DNA from: Candidatus Omnitrophota bacterium | GTDB lineage: Bacteria; Omnitrophota; Gorgyraeia; Gygaellales; Profunditerraquicolaceae | DNA: 64,000 nt | Assembly: GCA_028716705.1 (NCBI GenBank) | Contig: JAQUPI010000001.1 | Location: 1,614 to 65,613 of the forward strand | Direction of reading: 5' to 3' | Part shown: piece after piece, positions 38,258 to 47,939 of the stretch | Position numbering within the stretch: position 1 is the first letter of the stretch | Layout: the number at the start of each line of letters is the position of its first letter | Notes under the pieces: generated by a model | Told to the model about the DNA's origin: nothing | Seen by the model: the letters and a program-made list of their open reading frames with translations, nothing else | Database searches by the model: none | Made by a program: the position numbers and the translations under genes

Positions 38258-39064
38258 ATGAATTCAGAGAAGAAACTACGGCGCCTTAAAAGCATTATCT
38301 CGGAGATGAATTCCATGCTGATCGCTTTTTCCGGCGGGGTAGACAGCACTTTCCTACTTAAAGTAGCCTCTACAGTTTTACCCGGGGAAAAGATCATCGC
38401 GGTTACAGCCGATTCGGAGACTTATCCCGGAAAAGAATTATTGTCAGCGAAAGAAACCGCCCGCTCTTTCGGGGTCAGGCATAAAATAATAAAGACTTTT
38501 GAGATGCGCGATAAAAGGTTCACGCGCAATCCTGTTAACCGGTGTTATTTCTGCAAGAAAGAGTTATTCGCGAAGCTGGCAGTTTTGGCAAGGTCTTTAA
38601 AACTGGATTTTGTGGCGGACGCGAGCAACGCTTCGGATAAGCAGGATTTCCGGCCGGGGAATAAAGCGAAAGATGAGCTAAAGATACGTTCTCCGCTGCA
38701 GGAAGCGGGGATCAGTAAAAAAGAGATAAGGTCGTTAAGCAAAAAATTGGGCCTTTTGAACTGGGATAAACCCGCCGCCGCCTGTCTTGCGTCGAGGGTC
38801 CCCTACGGCACGAAGATCACGGGCGCCTTATTGGCCAGGATCGATGAGGCGGAGGGTGTTTTGGGCCGATTTGGTTTTAAACAGGCCAGGGTCAGGCACT
38901 ATAACGGCCTCTGCCGGATAGAAGTACGCAAGGAGGATATACCCGGGCTGTTGCGCAGGCGCGATTTGATAGTAGAAAGATTCAAGAAATTGGGCTATAA
39001 TTATGTCACGGTAGATTTGGAGGGATACCGGACAGGAAGCTTGAACGAGGTGATCAGGAAATGA
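38258..39064 (+). CDS. PP-loop ATP pyrophosphatase of the LarE/TIGR00268 type (ATP-dependent sulfur transferase-like)
   Basis: SGGVDS PP-loop; conserved Cys in CYFCKK context. Confidence 0.7.
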   Translation: MNSEKKLRRLKSIISEMNSMLIAFSGGVDSTFLLKVASTVLPGEKIIAVTADSETYPGKELLSAKETARSFGVRHKIIKTFEMRDKRFTRNPVNRCYFCKKELFAKLAVLARSLKLDFVADASNASDKQDFRPGNKAKDELKIRSPLQEAGISKKEIRSLSKKLGLLNWDKPAAACLASRVPYGTKITGALLARIDEAEGVLGRFGFKQARVRHYNGLCRIEVRKEDIPGLLRRRDLIVERFKKLGYNYVTVDLEGYRTGSLNEVIRK

Positions 39065-40227
39065 CGAAGAGGATATATTTAGATTACGCGGCTACGGCGC
39101 CCTGCGACCCGCAAGTCCTAAAAGCTATGGAGCCGTACTTTTTCGAGAAATTCGGCAATCCTTCCAGCATTCACGCTGAAGGCCAGGAGGCGAGGGCGGG
39201 CATCGAGGAGGCGCGCGAAAAGCTGGCCTCCCTCTTAGGGGCAAAGAAAGAAGAGCTCATTTTTACTTCAGGCGGGACAGAGTCGAATAATTTCGCCGTA
39301 AAAGGAACCGCTTTTGCCCTCAGCCAAAAAGGCAACCACATTATCACCACCGCCATTGAGCATCACTCTGTGAGCGAGCCCTGTAAATTCCTCGAAAAAA
39401 AAGGATTTAAAGTAACGTATATCGGTGTTGATAAGTATGGCCAGGTTTCTCCTTCCGATATAAAGAAGGCGGTTACCGATAAAACCATCCTCATTTCCGT
39501 TATGCACGCGAATAACGAGATCGGCACGATACAACCTATCGCCGAAATCGGGAAATTCGCCAGAGAAAAAGGCGTGTATTTTCACACAGACGCGGTCCAA
39601 ACCACGGGTCATATCCCTGTGGACGTAAATGAATTAAACGTTGACCTTTTATCTTTATCGGCGCATAAGTTCTACGGGCCGAAGGGTGTAGGCGCCTTGT
39701 ACATAAGAAAAGGCACTCGCTGGGAAAGATTCCTGCACGGCGGAGATCAGGAAAGGGGGATGCGCGCGTCCACCCATAATACCCCGGGCATCGTGGGTTT
39801 AGGCAAGGCGGCGGAATTGTGCCGGGAAAAAATGGCCGATGAGGCGAAATTCCAGTCCGGCTTACGCGACAGGCTGATCAAAGAGATCAAAGATAAGATC
39901 CCGGACGTGTATCTTAACGGCCACCCCGCGCAAAGGCTCCCCAATAACGTGAATTTTTCCATCAAATATATAGAAGGAGAATCGATCCTTTTGAATTTAG
40001 ACATGCTGGGCATCGCAGCCTCAACAGGATCCGCCTGCACCTCCTCTTCCCTCGAGCCTTCCCACGTATTATTAGCCATCGGCCTGCCGCATGAGATCGC
40101 CCACAGTTCGCTCAGGCTTACCATGGGCAGATGGACAAAGCAGGAAGATATAGATTATCTTCTCGAACAGCTGCCGCAGGTGGTCGGTAAATTGCGCCAG
40201 ATGTCTCCTCTCTATGAAAATAAGTGA
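39061..40227 (+). CDS. Cysteine desulfurase (NifS/IscS class)
   Basis: PLP-Lys SAHKFYGPKGVG; catalytic Cys in SGSACTS loop. Confidence 0.85.
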   Translation: MTKRIYLDYAATAPCDPQVLKAMEPYFFEKFGNPSSIHAEGQEARAGIEEAREKLASLLGAKKEELIFTSGGTESNNFAVKGTAFALSQKGNHIITTAIEHHSVSEPCKFLEKKGFKVTYIGVDKYGQVSPSDIKKAVTDKTILISVMHANNEIGTIQPIAEIGKFAREKGVYFHTDAVQTTGHIPVDVNELNVDLLSLSAHKFYGPKGVGALYIRKGTRWERFLHGGDQERGMRASTHNTPGIVGLGKAAELCREKMADEAKFQSGLRDRLIKEIKDKIPDVYLNGHPAQRLPNNVNFSIKYIEGESILLNLDMLGIAASTGSACTSSSLEPSHVLLAIGLPHEIAHSSLRLTMGRWTKQEDIDYLLEQLPQVVGKLRQMSPLYENK

Positions 40228-41183
40228 TGCAGGAAAAAATCCTCGATCTTCTTAAAAAAAGCCCCGAATACGTTTCTGGAGAAGAAATAAGCAGCCATTT
40301 AAAGATCAGCCGCCAGGCGTTATGGAAGCATATCCACGCCCTGATTGACGCCGGTTATGACATAGCGGCTGTGCCGCACCTGGGTTACAGGCTGGTCTCT
40401 TCCCCTGACAGGCTTTTTCCTTCGGAAGTTACAAGGCGCTTGAACACAAGGTTCGTCGGGAAAAAGATCCATTATTTCGATACTGTTTCATCCACGATGG
40501 ATGATGCTTTACGGCTGGCTTTAAGCGGCTCTCCGGAAGGGACGGCGGTAATAGCGGAATCGCAGACCAAGGGCAGGGGAAGGCTGGGCAGGGATTGGTA
40601 TTCGCCTAAATATAAAGGCGTATATTTTTCCCTGATCTTAAGGCCTTTGATCCCGCCTAACCAGGCGCCGCTATTGACTTTAATGAGCGCTGTGAGCCTT
40701 TGCGAAGCCATAAAAGAGAATACCGGCTTAGCGTGCCAGATAAAGTGGCCAAACGACATACTGCTTCACAATAAGAAGGTAGGGGGCATCCTTACCGAAT
40801 TAAACGGCGAAACCGACGTAAGCCGCTTCATGGTTATCGGCATCGGCATAAACGTCAATAATGACAAAAGGTCCATGCTTCCGCAGTCAACCTCATTAAA
40901 AGAGATCAAAAAACAGGATATAAGCCGCGTGGAATTACTGCAGGAAATCTTCCGCAGGCTGGAGTCGAATTACCTCGCCTTTCAGAAAAAAGGAAGCGCC
41001 TACATTACCGGGGAATGGCGGGAGTGGAACATCACGCTCGGCAGGAGAGTAAAAGTAACCTGCCATAAAGAGCATATCGAGGGGGAAGCCGTAGATATAG
41101 ACGCGGACGGCGGCCTTCTCGTAAGGAATGATCCCGGTCTTATCCGCAAAGTCCTCGCCGGGGATGTCACTCACTGCCGCTGA
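40224..41183 (+). CDS. birA: Bifunctional biotin-protein ligase / bio-operon repressor with N-terminal HTH
   Basis: N-terminal wHTH (ISGEEISSHLKISRQALWKHI); GRGRRGR biotin-binding motif (QTKGRGRLGRDW). Confidence 0.85.
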   Translation: MMQEKILDLLKKSPEYVSGEEISSHLKISRQALWKHIHALIDAGYDIAAVPHLGYRLVSSPDRLFPSEVTRRLNTRFVGKKIHYFDTVSSTMDDALRLALSGSPEGTAVIAESQTKGRGRLGRDWYSPKYKGVYFSLILRPLIPPNQAPLLTLMSAVSLCEAIKENTGLACQIKWPNDILLHNKKVGGILTELNGETDVSRFMVIGIGINVNNDKRSMLPQSTSLKEIKKQDISRVELLQEIFRRLESNYLAFQKKGSAYITGEWREWNITLGRRVKVTCHKEHIEGEAVDIDADGGLLVRNDPGLIRKVLAGDVTHCR

Positions 41184-41210
41184 CGGTACGCTTGCCTTTT
41201 TCCTTGCCAA

Positions 41211-41248
41211 AGTAAACCCGATATAATAAAATAGTTGACGGTTCGACT
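41211..41248 (+). promoter_or_regulatory. Candidate BirA operator: degenerate inverted half-sites GTAAACCCG ... CGGTTCGAC overlapping a TATAAT hexamer (41222-27) upstream of bioB
   Basis: 6/9 match between half-sites; reminiscent of E. coli bioO TTGTAAACC architecture; weak. Confidence 0.2.
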
Positions 41249-41278
41249 AATGCTCTAACGTGATTCAAAGGATTGACA

Positions 41279-42196
41279 ATGGACAAACAAGAATTGATCA
41301 GGCTCTCGCGGCTGCCTTTACTGGAGCTGATAGCCATGGCTGATGAGGCCAGGCGCGAGTTTCAAGGCTTGAACCTGGAATTATGCAGCATAATGAACGC
41401 CAAATCAGGAGCCTGCGGCGAGGACTGTAAGTTCTGCGCCCAGGCCGGCCGCCACGCGACGCGGATATCATCCTTCCCGTTGAAAAGTAAAGAAGAAATG
41501 ATAGAGCGGGCCTGGCGCGCGAAGGACATAGGCGCTGAAAGGTTCGATATCGTTACCAGCGGGGATAACCTTTCGGAAAAAGAACTGAATGCCGTCGCGG
41601 AGGCGATCAGGGAAATAACCGGTAAAGTTAAAATAAAAATGTGCGCCTCTTTAGGCACGCTTGATAAAGACGCCTTTGAATTATTAAAAGATTCGGGGCT
41701 TTCCCGTTATCACCATAATATCGAAACCTCCCCGGGGTACTTCCCGCGCATTGTCACCACGCATACCTTCCAGCGGAGGATAGAAACCATCAAGCAGGCG
41801 AAAGCCGCCGGCTTGCAGGTTTGCAGCGGAGGCATAATCGGCATGGGGGAGAGCATGCAAGACAGGATAGAGATGGCCGCCTGCTTGAAAGAGCTGGACG
41901 TCGACTCCGTCCCGCTCAACGTGCTCGTCCCTATAAAAGGTACGCCTTTCGAGGATCTTAAGCCGCTTTCCTGCGAAGAGGCTGTCAGGACGATAGCGGT
42001 ATTCCGGGTGATATTAAAAGATAAGATCATCAAAATAGCGGCGGGCAGGGAATCCATCCTCAAGGATTTTCAGGCGATGGCTTTTATGGCGGGGGCTAAC
42101 GGCATGCTGATCGGCGGATATTTGACCATAAAGGGGCGGGAGGCCCACGAAGACCAGAAACTTGTTGAGGAAGTCAAGAGGGCATGGCGGAGATAA
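41279..42196 (+). CDS. bioB: Biotin synthase (radical SAM)
   Basis: CGEDCKFC radical-SAM motif; RBS AAGGA. Confidence 0.9.
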   Translation: MDKQELIRLSRLPLLELIAMADEARREFQGLNLELCSIMNAKSGACGEDCKFCAQAGRHATRISSFPLKSKEEMIERAWRAKDIGAERFDIVTSGDNLSEKELNAVAEAIREITGKVKIKMCASLGTLDKDAFELLKDSGLSRYHHNIETSPGYFPRIVTTHTFQRRIETIKQAKAAGLQVCSGGIIGMGESMQDRIEMAACLKELDVDSVPLNVLVPIKGTPFEDLKPLSCEEAVRTIAVFRVILKDKIIKIAAGRESILKDFQAMAFMAGANGMLIGGYLTIKGREAHEDQKLVEEVKRAWRR

Positions 42197-43335
42197 GGCA
42201 ATTCCTCGAAAAAAGAAAAGCACAAGGCTTGTTGAGGGCCTTAAGCCCGGCGTCTATGCGGCGGGAAGGGAAAATTTATTTTGGCAAAAAGGAATTTGTC
42301 GATCTTTCCTCCAATGATTATCTGGGTTTATCGGGCCATCCCAGGATTATTGAAGCGGCAAGAAAAGCGCAGGATAAATTTGGGAACTCATCTTCCGGCT
42401 CGCGCCTTTTAAGCGGGGACTTGAACTTGCACCATGAGCTCGAAGAGTCCGTAGCCCGCTTCAAGAATAAAGAATCCGCCCTGGTTTTTAATTCCGGTTA
42501 CCACGCGAATATAGGAGTATTAAGCTCCCTCTACGGAAAGGACGATTGTATATTTTCGGACCGTTTGAATCATGCCAGCATTGTCGACGGGGTTATTCTT
42601 TCCAGGGCGCGTTTTTTCCGTTTCCGGCATAATGACACCGCCCATCTTGAGTCGCTCCTCAACGAACAAAGAGGAAGGTTTAGAAAAGCGCTGATCGTTA
42701 CCGAAAGCGTCTTCAGTATGGACGGCGATAAAGCGCCTTTAAAGGGATTAGTCCGGCTCAAAGATAAATATGATTGCTCGATGATGATCGATGAAGCGCA
42801 CGCCACCGGAATATTCGGAAAGAACGGAAGCGGCCTGGCTGAGGAGGAAGGGCTGGCAGGTAAAATAGAGTTGATTATGGGGACTTTTGGCAAGGCGCTG
42901 GGCAGCTTCGGTGCTTACGTGGCTTCTTCGCGCGAGATAATCGAATATTTGATAAACACCTCCAGGAGCTTTATTTATTCCACGGCGCTTCCTCCCGCGG
43001 TAATCGCGTCGGATTTAGCTTCCATAGGATTAATAGAGCAAGAGCCCTTTCGCAGGTTAAAACTCTTGGAATCGGCGGCAAACCTGCGCGGCGCATTAAA
43101 GGAGAAGGGATTTGACGTCAAGGGGGAGTCCCAGATCGTCCCCTTGATCACCGGCGATAACTTAAGGACCGTAAAATTGGCCAAAAGGCTTCAGGAAAAA
43201 GGCTACTGGGTATTACCCATCAGGCCTCCGACTGTCCCTCAAGGGGAAGGCCGGCTCAGGTTTTCATTATCCTTTTGCCATAATAAAGATACTTTAGAGA
43301 GGCTTATCGATGATATCTCAGGAATCGAAGTTTGA
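42184..43335 (+). CDS. bioF: 8-amino-7-oxononanoate synthase
   Basis: Alpha-oxoamine synthase family; PLP-Lys context TFGKALGSFGAY. Confidence 0.85.
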   Translation: MAEIRQFLEKRKAQGLLRALSPASMRREGKIYFGKKEFVDLSSNDYLGLSGHPRIIEAARKAQDKFGNSSSGSRLLSGDLNLHHELEESVARFKNKESALVFNSGYHANIGVLSSLYGKDDCIFSDRLNHASIVDGVILSRARFFRFRHNDTAHLESLLNEQRGRFRKALIVTESVFSMDGDKAPLKGLVRLKDKYDCSMMIDEAHATGIFGKNGSGLAEEEGLAGKIELIMGTFGKALGSFGAYVASSREIIEYLINTSRSFIYSTALPPAVIASDLASIGLIEQEPFRRLKLLESAANLRGALKEKGFDVKGESQIVPLITGDNLRTVKLAKRLQEKGYWVLPIRPPTVPQGEGRLRFSLSFCHNKDTLERLIDDISGIEV

Positions 43336-44011
43336 ATTAATTGACCGGGGTTTTGACAGAAAGATACTTCTCATACCCGGATGGGCGGTGGATTACCGGG
43401 TTTTTGGCGGCCTGGAATTAGGTTATAACTATTTATTGCCTACCGAACTAAATCCTCTTGATTTTGAAAGCGCGTTGAGCGGCGCATTGGAAAAAGAAAA
43501 TACCGGGAAGATCTCGCTTTTGGGCTGGTCAATGGGCGGGTTTCTGGCTTCGGATTTTGCCTCTAAGAACCCGGATAAGGTAGACGAGCTTATACTGGCG
43601 GGCATACGCAGGAAATACAGCCCGGAATTATTGAACGAGGTGAAGCGTTTAGTTACCCAGAATAAAAGGGCGTTCCTTTACAAGCTCTATCTCAATTCTT
43701 TTTCAGAAACGGACCAGGAAGGCCTGAAGTGGTTCAGGGAGCATTTATTGGATATATATGTCAATGAATTGGATTTAGACGTGCTTCTATCGGGGCTGGA
43801 TTATCTCTCTAAAGCCGAAATTAACCCCGCCTCGCTGGGGAAGATCAAAAAGATAAAGATAATCCATGGAGAAGAAGATAAGATCGCTTCGCTTGATGAG
43901 GCGTTAAAGGTCAAGTCGGAATTGCCTCAGGCGGAATTTATCGCCTTGCGGAAAATGGGGCACTTCCTGTTTTTGAACCGGCAGTTTACGAAAAGCCTAA
44001 GTAATGAATAA
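43310..44011 (+). CDS. Alpha/beta-hydrolase, BioH-like pimeloyl-ACP methyl ester esterase
   Basis: GWSMGG nucleophile elbow; position between bioF and bioC. Confidence 0.6.
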   Translation: MISQESKFELIDRGFDRKILLIPGWAVDYRVFGGLELGYNYLLPTELNPLDFESALSGALEKENTGKISLLGWSMGGFLASDFASKNPDKVDELILAGIRRKYSPELLNEVKRLVTQNKRAFLYKLYLNSFSETDQEGLKWFREHLLDIYVNELDLDVLLSGLDYLSKAEINPASLGKIKKIKIIHGEEDKIASLDEALKVKSELPQAEFIALRKMGHFLFLNRQFTKSLSNE

Positions 44012-44768
44012 GGAAATAATCGCCAGGAATTTTTCCAGATACGCGCATCTTTATGACAGGTTCGCCGATATCCAGAAGAGGGCTGCTTTGGAAATTATAG
44101 GCGGCATGGAAAATGACGGTTTTAGCGACATTCTGGAGATAGGATGCGGCACAGGGAATTACACTTTACTTTTGCGCGATAAATTCAAGGAAGCCAGCCT
44201 TACCGCGGTAGATATATCCCCAAGGATGATCGATATCGCCCGGGATAAGCTGGGAGGCAAGAGGATAAATTTTCTCGCGGCTGACGCGGAAGTGAAGGAT
44301 CTGACCGCCGAAAAATATGACCTTATTACTTCCAATGCCTGTTTCCAATGGTTTGAGGACCTCGGGAAGGCCATACAGACCTACAGGCTAATGCTTAAAG
44401 AAAAAGGCACGATCTTATTTTCCATTTTCGGGCCGCTTACCTTTTGGGAATTAAACGCGGCTTTAGGGGAAACGATGAAAAGGAATATTCCGGCAGAGAA
44501 GTTTTTAAATAAAGATAAGATAATCGAAATTCTCAGGGAGAATTTCCGCAGCGCGGGTATAGAGGAGGCGGTATATGAGGAATCATTCGCCAGCCTGCGG
44601 GACCTATTAATGAAAATAAAATACAGCGGCATAAATGGCGGCGGCTTGGCGGGAAAAGTCCAGTTTAGCCGGAGAAGCTTGAGGGATTTGGAAAGGACAT
44701 ATTTGGATAAATTTCAAAGGATGAAGGCGACCTATCAAGTCTTCTTTTGCCGCGGGCAGGCAGGATGA
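44004..44768 (+). CDS. bioC: Malonyl-ACP O-methyltransferase
   Basis: SAM-MTase motif ILEIGCGTGNYT; bio-operon context. Confidence 0.75.
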   Translation: MNKEIIARNFSRYAHLYDRFADIQKRAALEIIGGMENDGFSDILEIGCGTGNYTLLLRDKFKEASLTAVDISPRMIDIARDKLGGKRINFLAADAEVKDLTAEKYDLITSNACFQWFEDLGKAIQTYRLMLKEKGTILFSIFGPLTFWELNAALGETMKRNIPAEKFLNKDKIIEILRENFRSAGIEEAVYEESFASLRDLLMKIKYSGINGGGLAGKVQFSRRSLRDLERTYLDKFQRMKATYQVFFCRGQAG

Positions 44769-45448
44769 AAAGTGTATTCATTACCGGCACCGATACGGGC
44801 GTAGGCAAGACAACGGTTACGGCGTTGTTAGGCAGGTATCTTGCCGATAAAGGTTATAAAGCCGCAACCCAAAAATGGATTGAAACCGGGTGCAGGGAAA
44901 AATTGGAAGGAACGCCTGCCGCGCCGTACAGGTTCAGGGTTCCTTGTTCTCCGCATTTGGCCTCCGGGATAGAGAAAAGATCGATCGATCCGGATAAGAT
45001 CGTAAAGAGCTTCAGGTCTTTGGCGGGAAAAAACGACTTTGTTATCGTGGAAGGGATAGGCGGAGCTCTGGTGCCTTTCAATGAAAAAGATCTGGTGATA
45101 GATATCGCGGTGAGGTTGAAATTGCCGGTATTGGTAGTCGCGCAGAATAAATTGGGCGCGATCAACCATACCTTATTGACCGTCGAGGCCCTGAGAAAAA
45201 GAAAGCTGAATATTATGGGAATAATTTTTAATGATATAAAGGGAGAAGACAGCCGGATAGCCAGGGATAATCCTTCGATCATCAGGTCTTTAACCGCAGA
45301 AAGGGTTCTTGGGATCTTGCCTTGGACAAAGGATTGGGAGAAATTATACGGAAGCTTTTGTAATATAGGAGATAAGATATTAAGCGGATTTATCGATGCC
45401 GCAACTCTTTATAAGCCAAAGAGTTATAAGCTAAGGGAGCGTCCCTGA
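44765..45448 (+). CDS. bioD: Dethiobiotin synthetase
   Basis: P-loop ITGTDTGVGKT; ATGA overlap with bioC; start moved to ATG 44765. Confidence 0.85.
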   Translation: MKSVFITGTDTGVGKTTVTALLGRYLADKGYKAATQKWIETGCREKLEGTPAAPYRFRVPCSPHLASGIEKRSIDPDKIVKSFRSLAGKNDFVIVEGIGGALVPFNEKDLVIDIAVRLKLPVLVVAQNKLGAINHTLLTVEALRKRKLNIMGIIFNDIKGEDSRIARDNPSIIRSLTAERVLGILPWTKDWEKLYGSFCNIGDKILSGFIDAATLYKPKSYKLRERP

Positions 45449-45463
45449 TATGGAGGATATTCG

Positions 45464-46816
45464 ATGGATTTACTGAAAAAAGACGCTGAATTCATCTGGC
45501 ATCCTTACACGCAAATGAAGGATTGCCGTAAATTCCCTCCCATATTGATAAACAGGGCAAAAGGGGTAAAGCTTTACGATAAGCAGGGGAATTTTTATTA
45601 TGATACCATATCCAGCTGGTGGTGTAATGTGCACGGCCACAATCATCCGAAAATAAAATCCGCGGTTAAAAAACAATTCGACGCGCTGGAGCATGTGGTT
45701 TTTGCCGGTTTTACCCATGAGCCCGCCATACTCCTCGCTGAGAAACTTATCTCGATCGCACCCGGAAAATTAAAAAAGATATTTTTTTCAGACAATGGAT
45801 CTACGTCAGTTGAAGTAGCGCTTAAAATGTCGTATCAATATTGGCAGAATACAGGTAAGGCCAAAAAGAAAAACTTTATTTCCCTGGACTACGGATATCA
45901 TGGGGATACTATCGGCACTATGAGCGTCAGCGGGGTGGACCTTTTTAATAAAGTGTTCTCGCCTTTATTCTTCGAGTCTTTTAAAGCGCCTTCCCCGTAT
46001 TGTTATCGCTGCCCCATGGGTAAGGACATTTCCCATTGCGGTATGGATTGCGTAAACGCGCTGGAGAGATTGCTGATAAAAAGATCGGATACTATCTGCG
46101 GGATCATCCTTGAGCCGATGGTCCTTGCCGCGGGAGGGATGATCGTGTATCCGAAAGAGTACCTATCGAGGGCAGCGGCGTTGGCCCGCAAATACGATGT
46201 CCACCTTATACTGGACGAGGTAGCCACGGGTTTCGGCAGGACGGGTAAGATGTTCGCCTGCGAACACGCGGATAATATAGAACCAGACCTGTTTTGCCTT
46301 TCCAAAGGCATAACCGGAGGCTGCCTGCCTTTAGGGGCCACGCTTACGACAAAAAAGATATTCAACGCCTTTTACGCGGATTATAAGAAAAAAAAGACTT
46401 TCTTTCACGGCCATACCTATACCGCGAATCCTTTAGCCTGTTCCGCCGGGGTAGCCAGCTTGGAAGTTTTCAGAGAAGAAAAAACATTAGATAGAATGAA
46501 GGAAATGATCCCTTTATTTCACAGGGGTATGGAGAAATTCCGTGATCTGACGCTGGCGGGAGATGTAAGATATCTAGGTATGCTCGGCGCCGTGGAATTA
46601 GTCAAGGATAAGCCTTCCAAAAAGGGTTTTCCTTTCGAAAAGCGGATAGGGCTGGAAGTTTATAAGAGGGGATTAAGGAAGAATATTGTGTTAAGGCCGC
46701 TGGGAAACGTCATTTATCTGTTCCTGCCGCTTTGCATAAGAAAAAAAGAACTTGAAGAAATACTGGACAGGACATACGCGATAATTAGGGACAGCGACTA
46801 TTTTTTAAATAAATGA
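45464..46816 (+). CDS. bioA: Adenosylmethionine-8-amino-7-oxononanoate aminotransferase
   Basis: Class III aminotransferase; PLP-Lys context CLSKGITGG. Confidence 0.85.
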   Translation: MDLLKKDAEFIWHPYTQMKDCRKFPPILINRAKGVKLYDKQGNFYYDTISSWWCNVHGHNHPKIKSAVKKQFDALEHVVFAGFTHEPAILLAEKLISIAPGKLKKIFFSDNGSTSVEVALKMSYQYWQNTGKAKKKNFISLDYGYHGDTIGTMSVSGVDLFNKVFSPLFFESFKAPSPYCYRCPMGKDISHCGMDCVNALERLLIKRSDTICGIILEPMVLAAGGMIVYPKEYLSRAAALARKYDVHLILDEVATGFGRTGKMFACEHADNIEPDLFCLSKGITGGCLPLGATLTTKKIFNAFYADYKKKKTFFHGHTYTANPLACSAGVASLEVFREEKTLDRMKEMIPLFHRGMEKFRDLTLAGDVRYLGMLGAVELVKDKPSKKGFPFEKRIGLEVYKRGLRKNIVLRPLGNVIYLFLPLCIRKKELEEILDRTYAIIRDSDYFLNK

Positions 46817-46834
46817 AAAATAGTCGCTGTCCCT
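46787..46834 (+). terminator. Perfect 18-bp-arm palindrome AGGGACAGCGACTATTTT-N12-AAAATAGTCGCTGTCCCT overlapping the bioA stop; bidirectional terminator-like; followed by tandem CCCTATTAAATT x2 (46831-46856)
   Basis: Read directly. Confidence 0.55.
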
Positions 46835-46856
46835 ATTAAATTGCCCCTATTAAATT

Positions 46857-47939
46857 ATGGAAAGAGTAGTCGTGGCCATGAGCGGAGGCGTGGATTCATC
46901 TGTTGCCGCGGCCCTTTTAAAAGACAAGGGTTACGAGGTTATCGGGATCACTATGTGTTTTAACCTTCCGGATTCTTTCGGGAAAAGGCCTTCGTGCTGC
47001 GGCTTGCAAGGAATTGATGACGCCAAAAAGGTCGCGCGCAAACTGGGGATCAGGCATTATGTATTGAATTTTCAGAAGGCCTTGCAGGAGAAAGTGATCA
47101 GTGAATTCCGGGACGAATATTTGCGCGGGCGCACGCCTAATCCCTGCGTAAGATGCAACCAGTTCATAAAGTTTGACGCCTTGCTAAAGAAGGCGCTGGC
47201 CCTGGGCGCTGAATATCTGGCAACCGGGCATTACGCCAGAGTAAAGAAGGGGCTAAGGACAAAAGGAAGCAAGCGGGCAAGTTATATCCTGAAAAAGGCG
47301 AAAGATAAGAAAAAGGATCAATCCTATTTTTTGTACCGTTTAAATCAGAACCAGCTCAGGCATACGCTTTTCCCGCTGGGAAATTATACTAAAGACGAGG
47401 TAAGAAAAATGGCTAAAGGTTTTGGCTTATCGGTGGCAGATAAGCTAGCCAGCCAGGAGATATGTTTTCTCCCCGGGAACGATTACCGCGCGTTTTTAAG
47501 GGCTATTAAAAAGGGGATCAAGCCCGGAGATATAGTCGACAGCGAGAATAATGTGTTGGGCAGGCATAAGGGTATCCCTTTCTATACTATCGGCCAGCGC
47601 GAAGGGTTAGGCATCGCTATGGGTTATCCGGTATACGTGATCAAAATAGACCCTAAAAATGACCGCATAACCGTAGGCGGAAAAGGAGAGGTTTACGCCA
47701 GGGAATTCCTGGTTACAGACATACACCTGGCTTTACCGGTCCTAAAAAAGAGAATTGCCCTAAAGGTAAGGATAAGGTATAATCATCCAGAAGCGGCGGC
47801 AGAGGCTGAATTTTTGGGGAACAAAGCGAAAATTTCGTTTAAATCGCCGCAGTTTGCCGTAACCCCGGGCCAGTCAGCTGTCTTTTATGACAAAGGATCG
47901 GTATTAGGAGGCGGTATTATTGACGAGGTCTTAAAATGA
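46857..47939 (+). CDS. mnmA: tRNA-specific 2-thiouridylase
   Basis: PP-loop VAMSGGVDSSVAA; conserved catalytic Cys regions. Confidence 0.85.
   Translation: MERVVVAMSGGVDSSVAAALLKDKGYEVIGITMCFNLPDSFGKRPSCCGLQGIDDAKKVARKLGIRHYVLNFQKALQEKVISEFRDEYLRGRTPNPCVRCNQFIKFDALLKKALALGAEYLATGHYARVKKGLRTKGSKRASYILKKAKDKKKDQSYFLYRLNQNQLRHTLFPLGNYTKDEVRKMAKGFGLSVADKLASQEICFLPGNDYRAFLRAIKKGIKPGDIVDSENNVLGRHKGIPFYTIGQREGLGIAMGYPVYVIKIDPKNDRITVGGKGEVYAREFLVTDIHLALPVLKKRIALKVRIRYNHPEAAAEAEFLGNKAKISFKSPQFAVTPGQSAVFYDKGSVLGGGIIDEVLK

Noticed and set aside
41236-41252. tRNA-like T-loop resemblance (GGTTCGACT) in the birA-bioB intergenic region
   Set aside because: No acceptor or anticodon stem can be built around it; more likely part of a degenerate bio operator or promoter.
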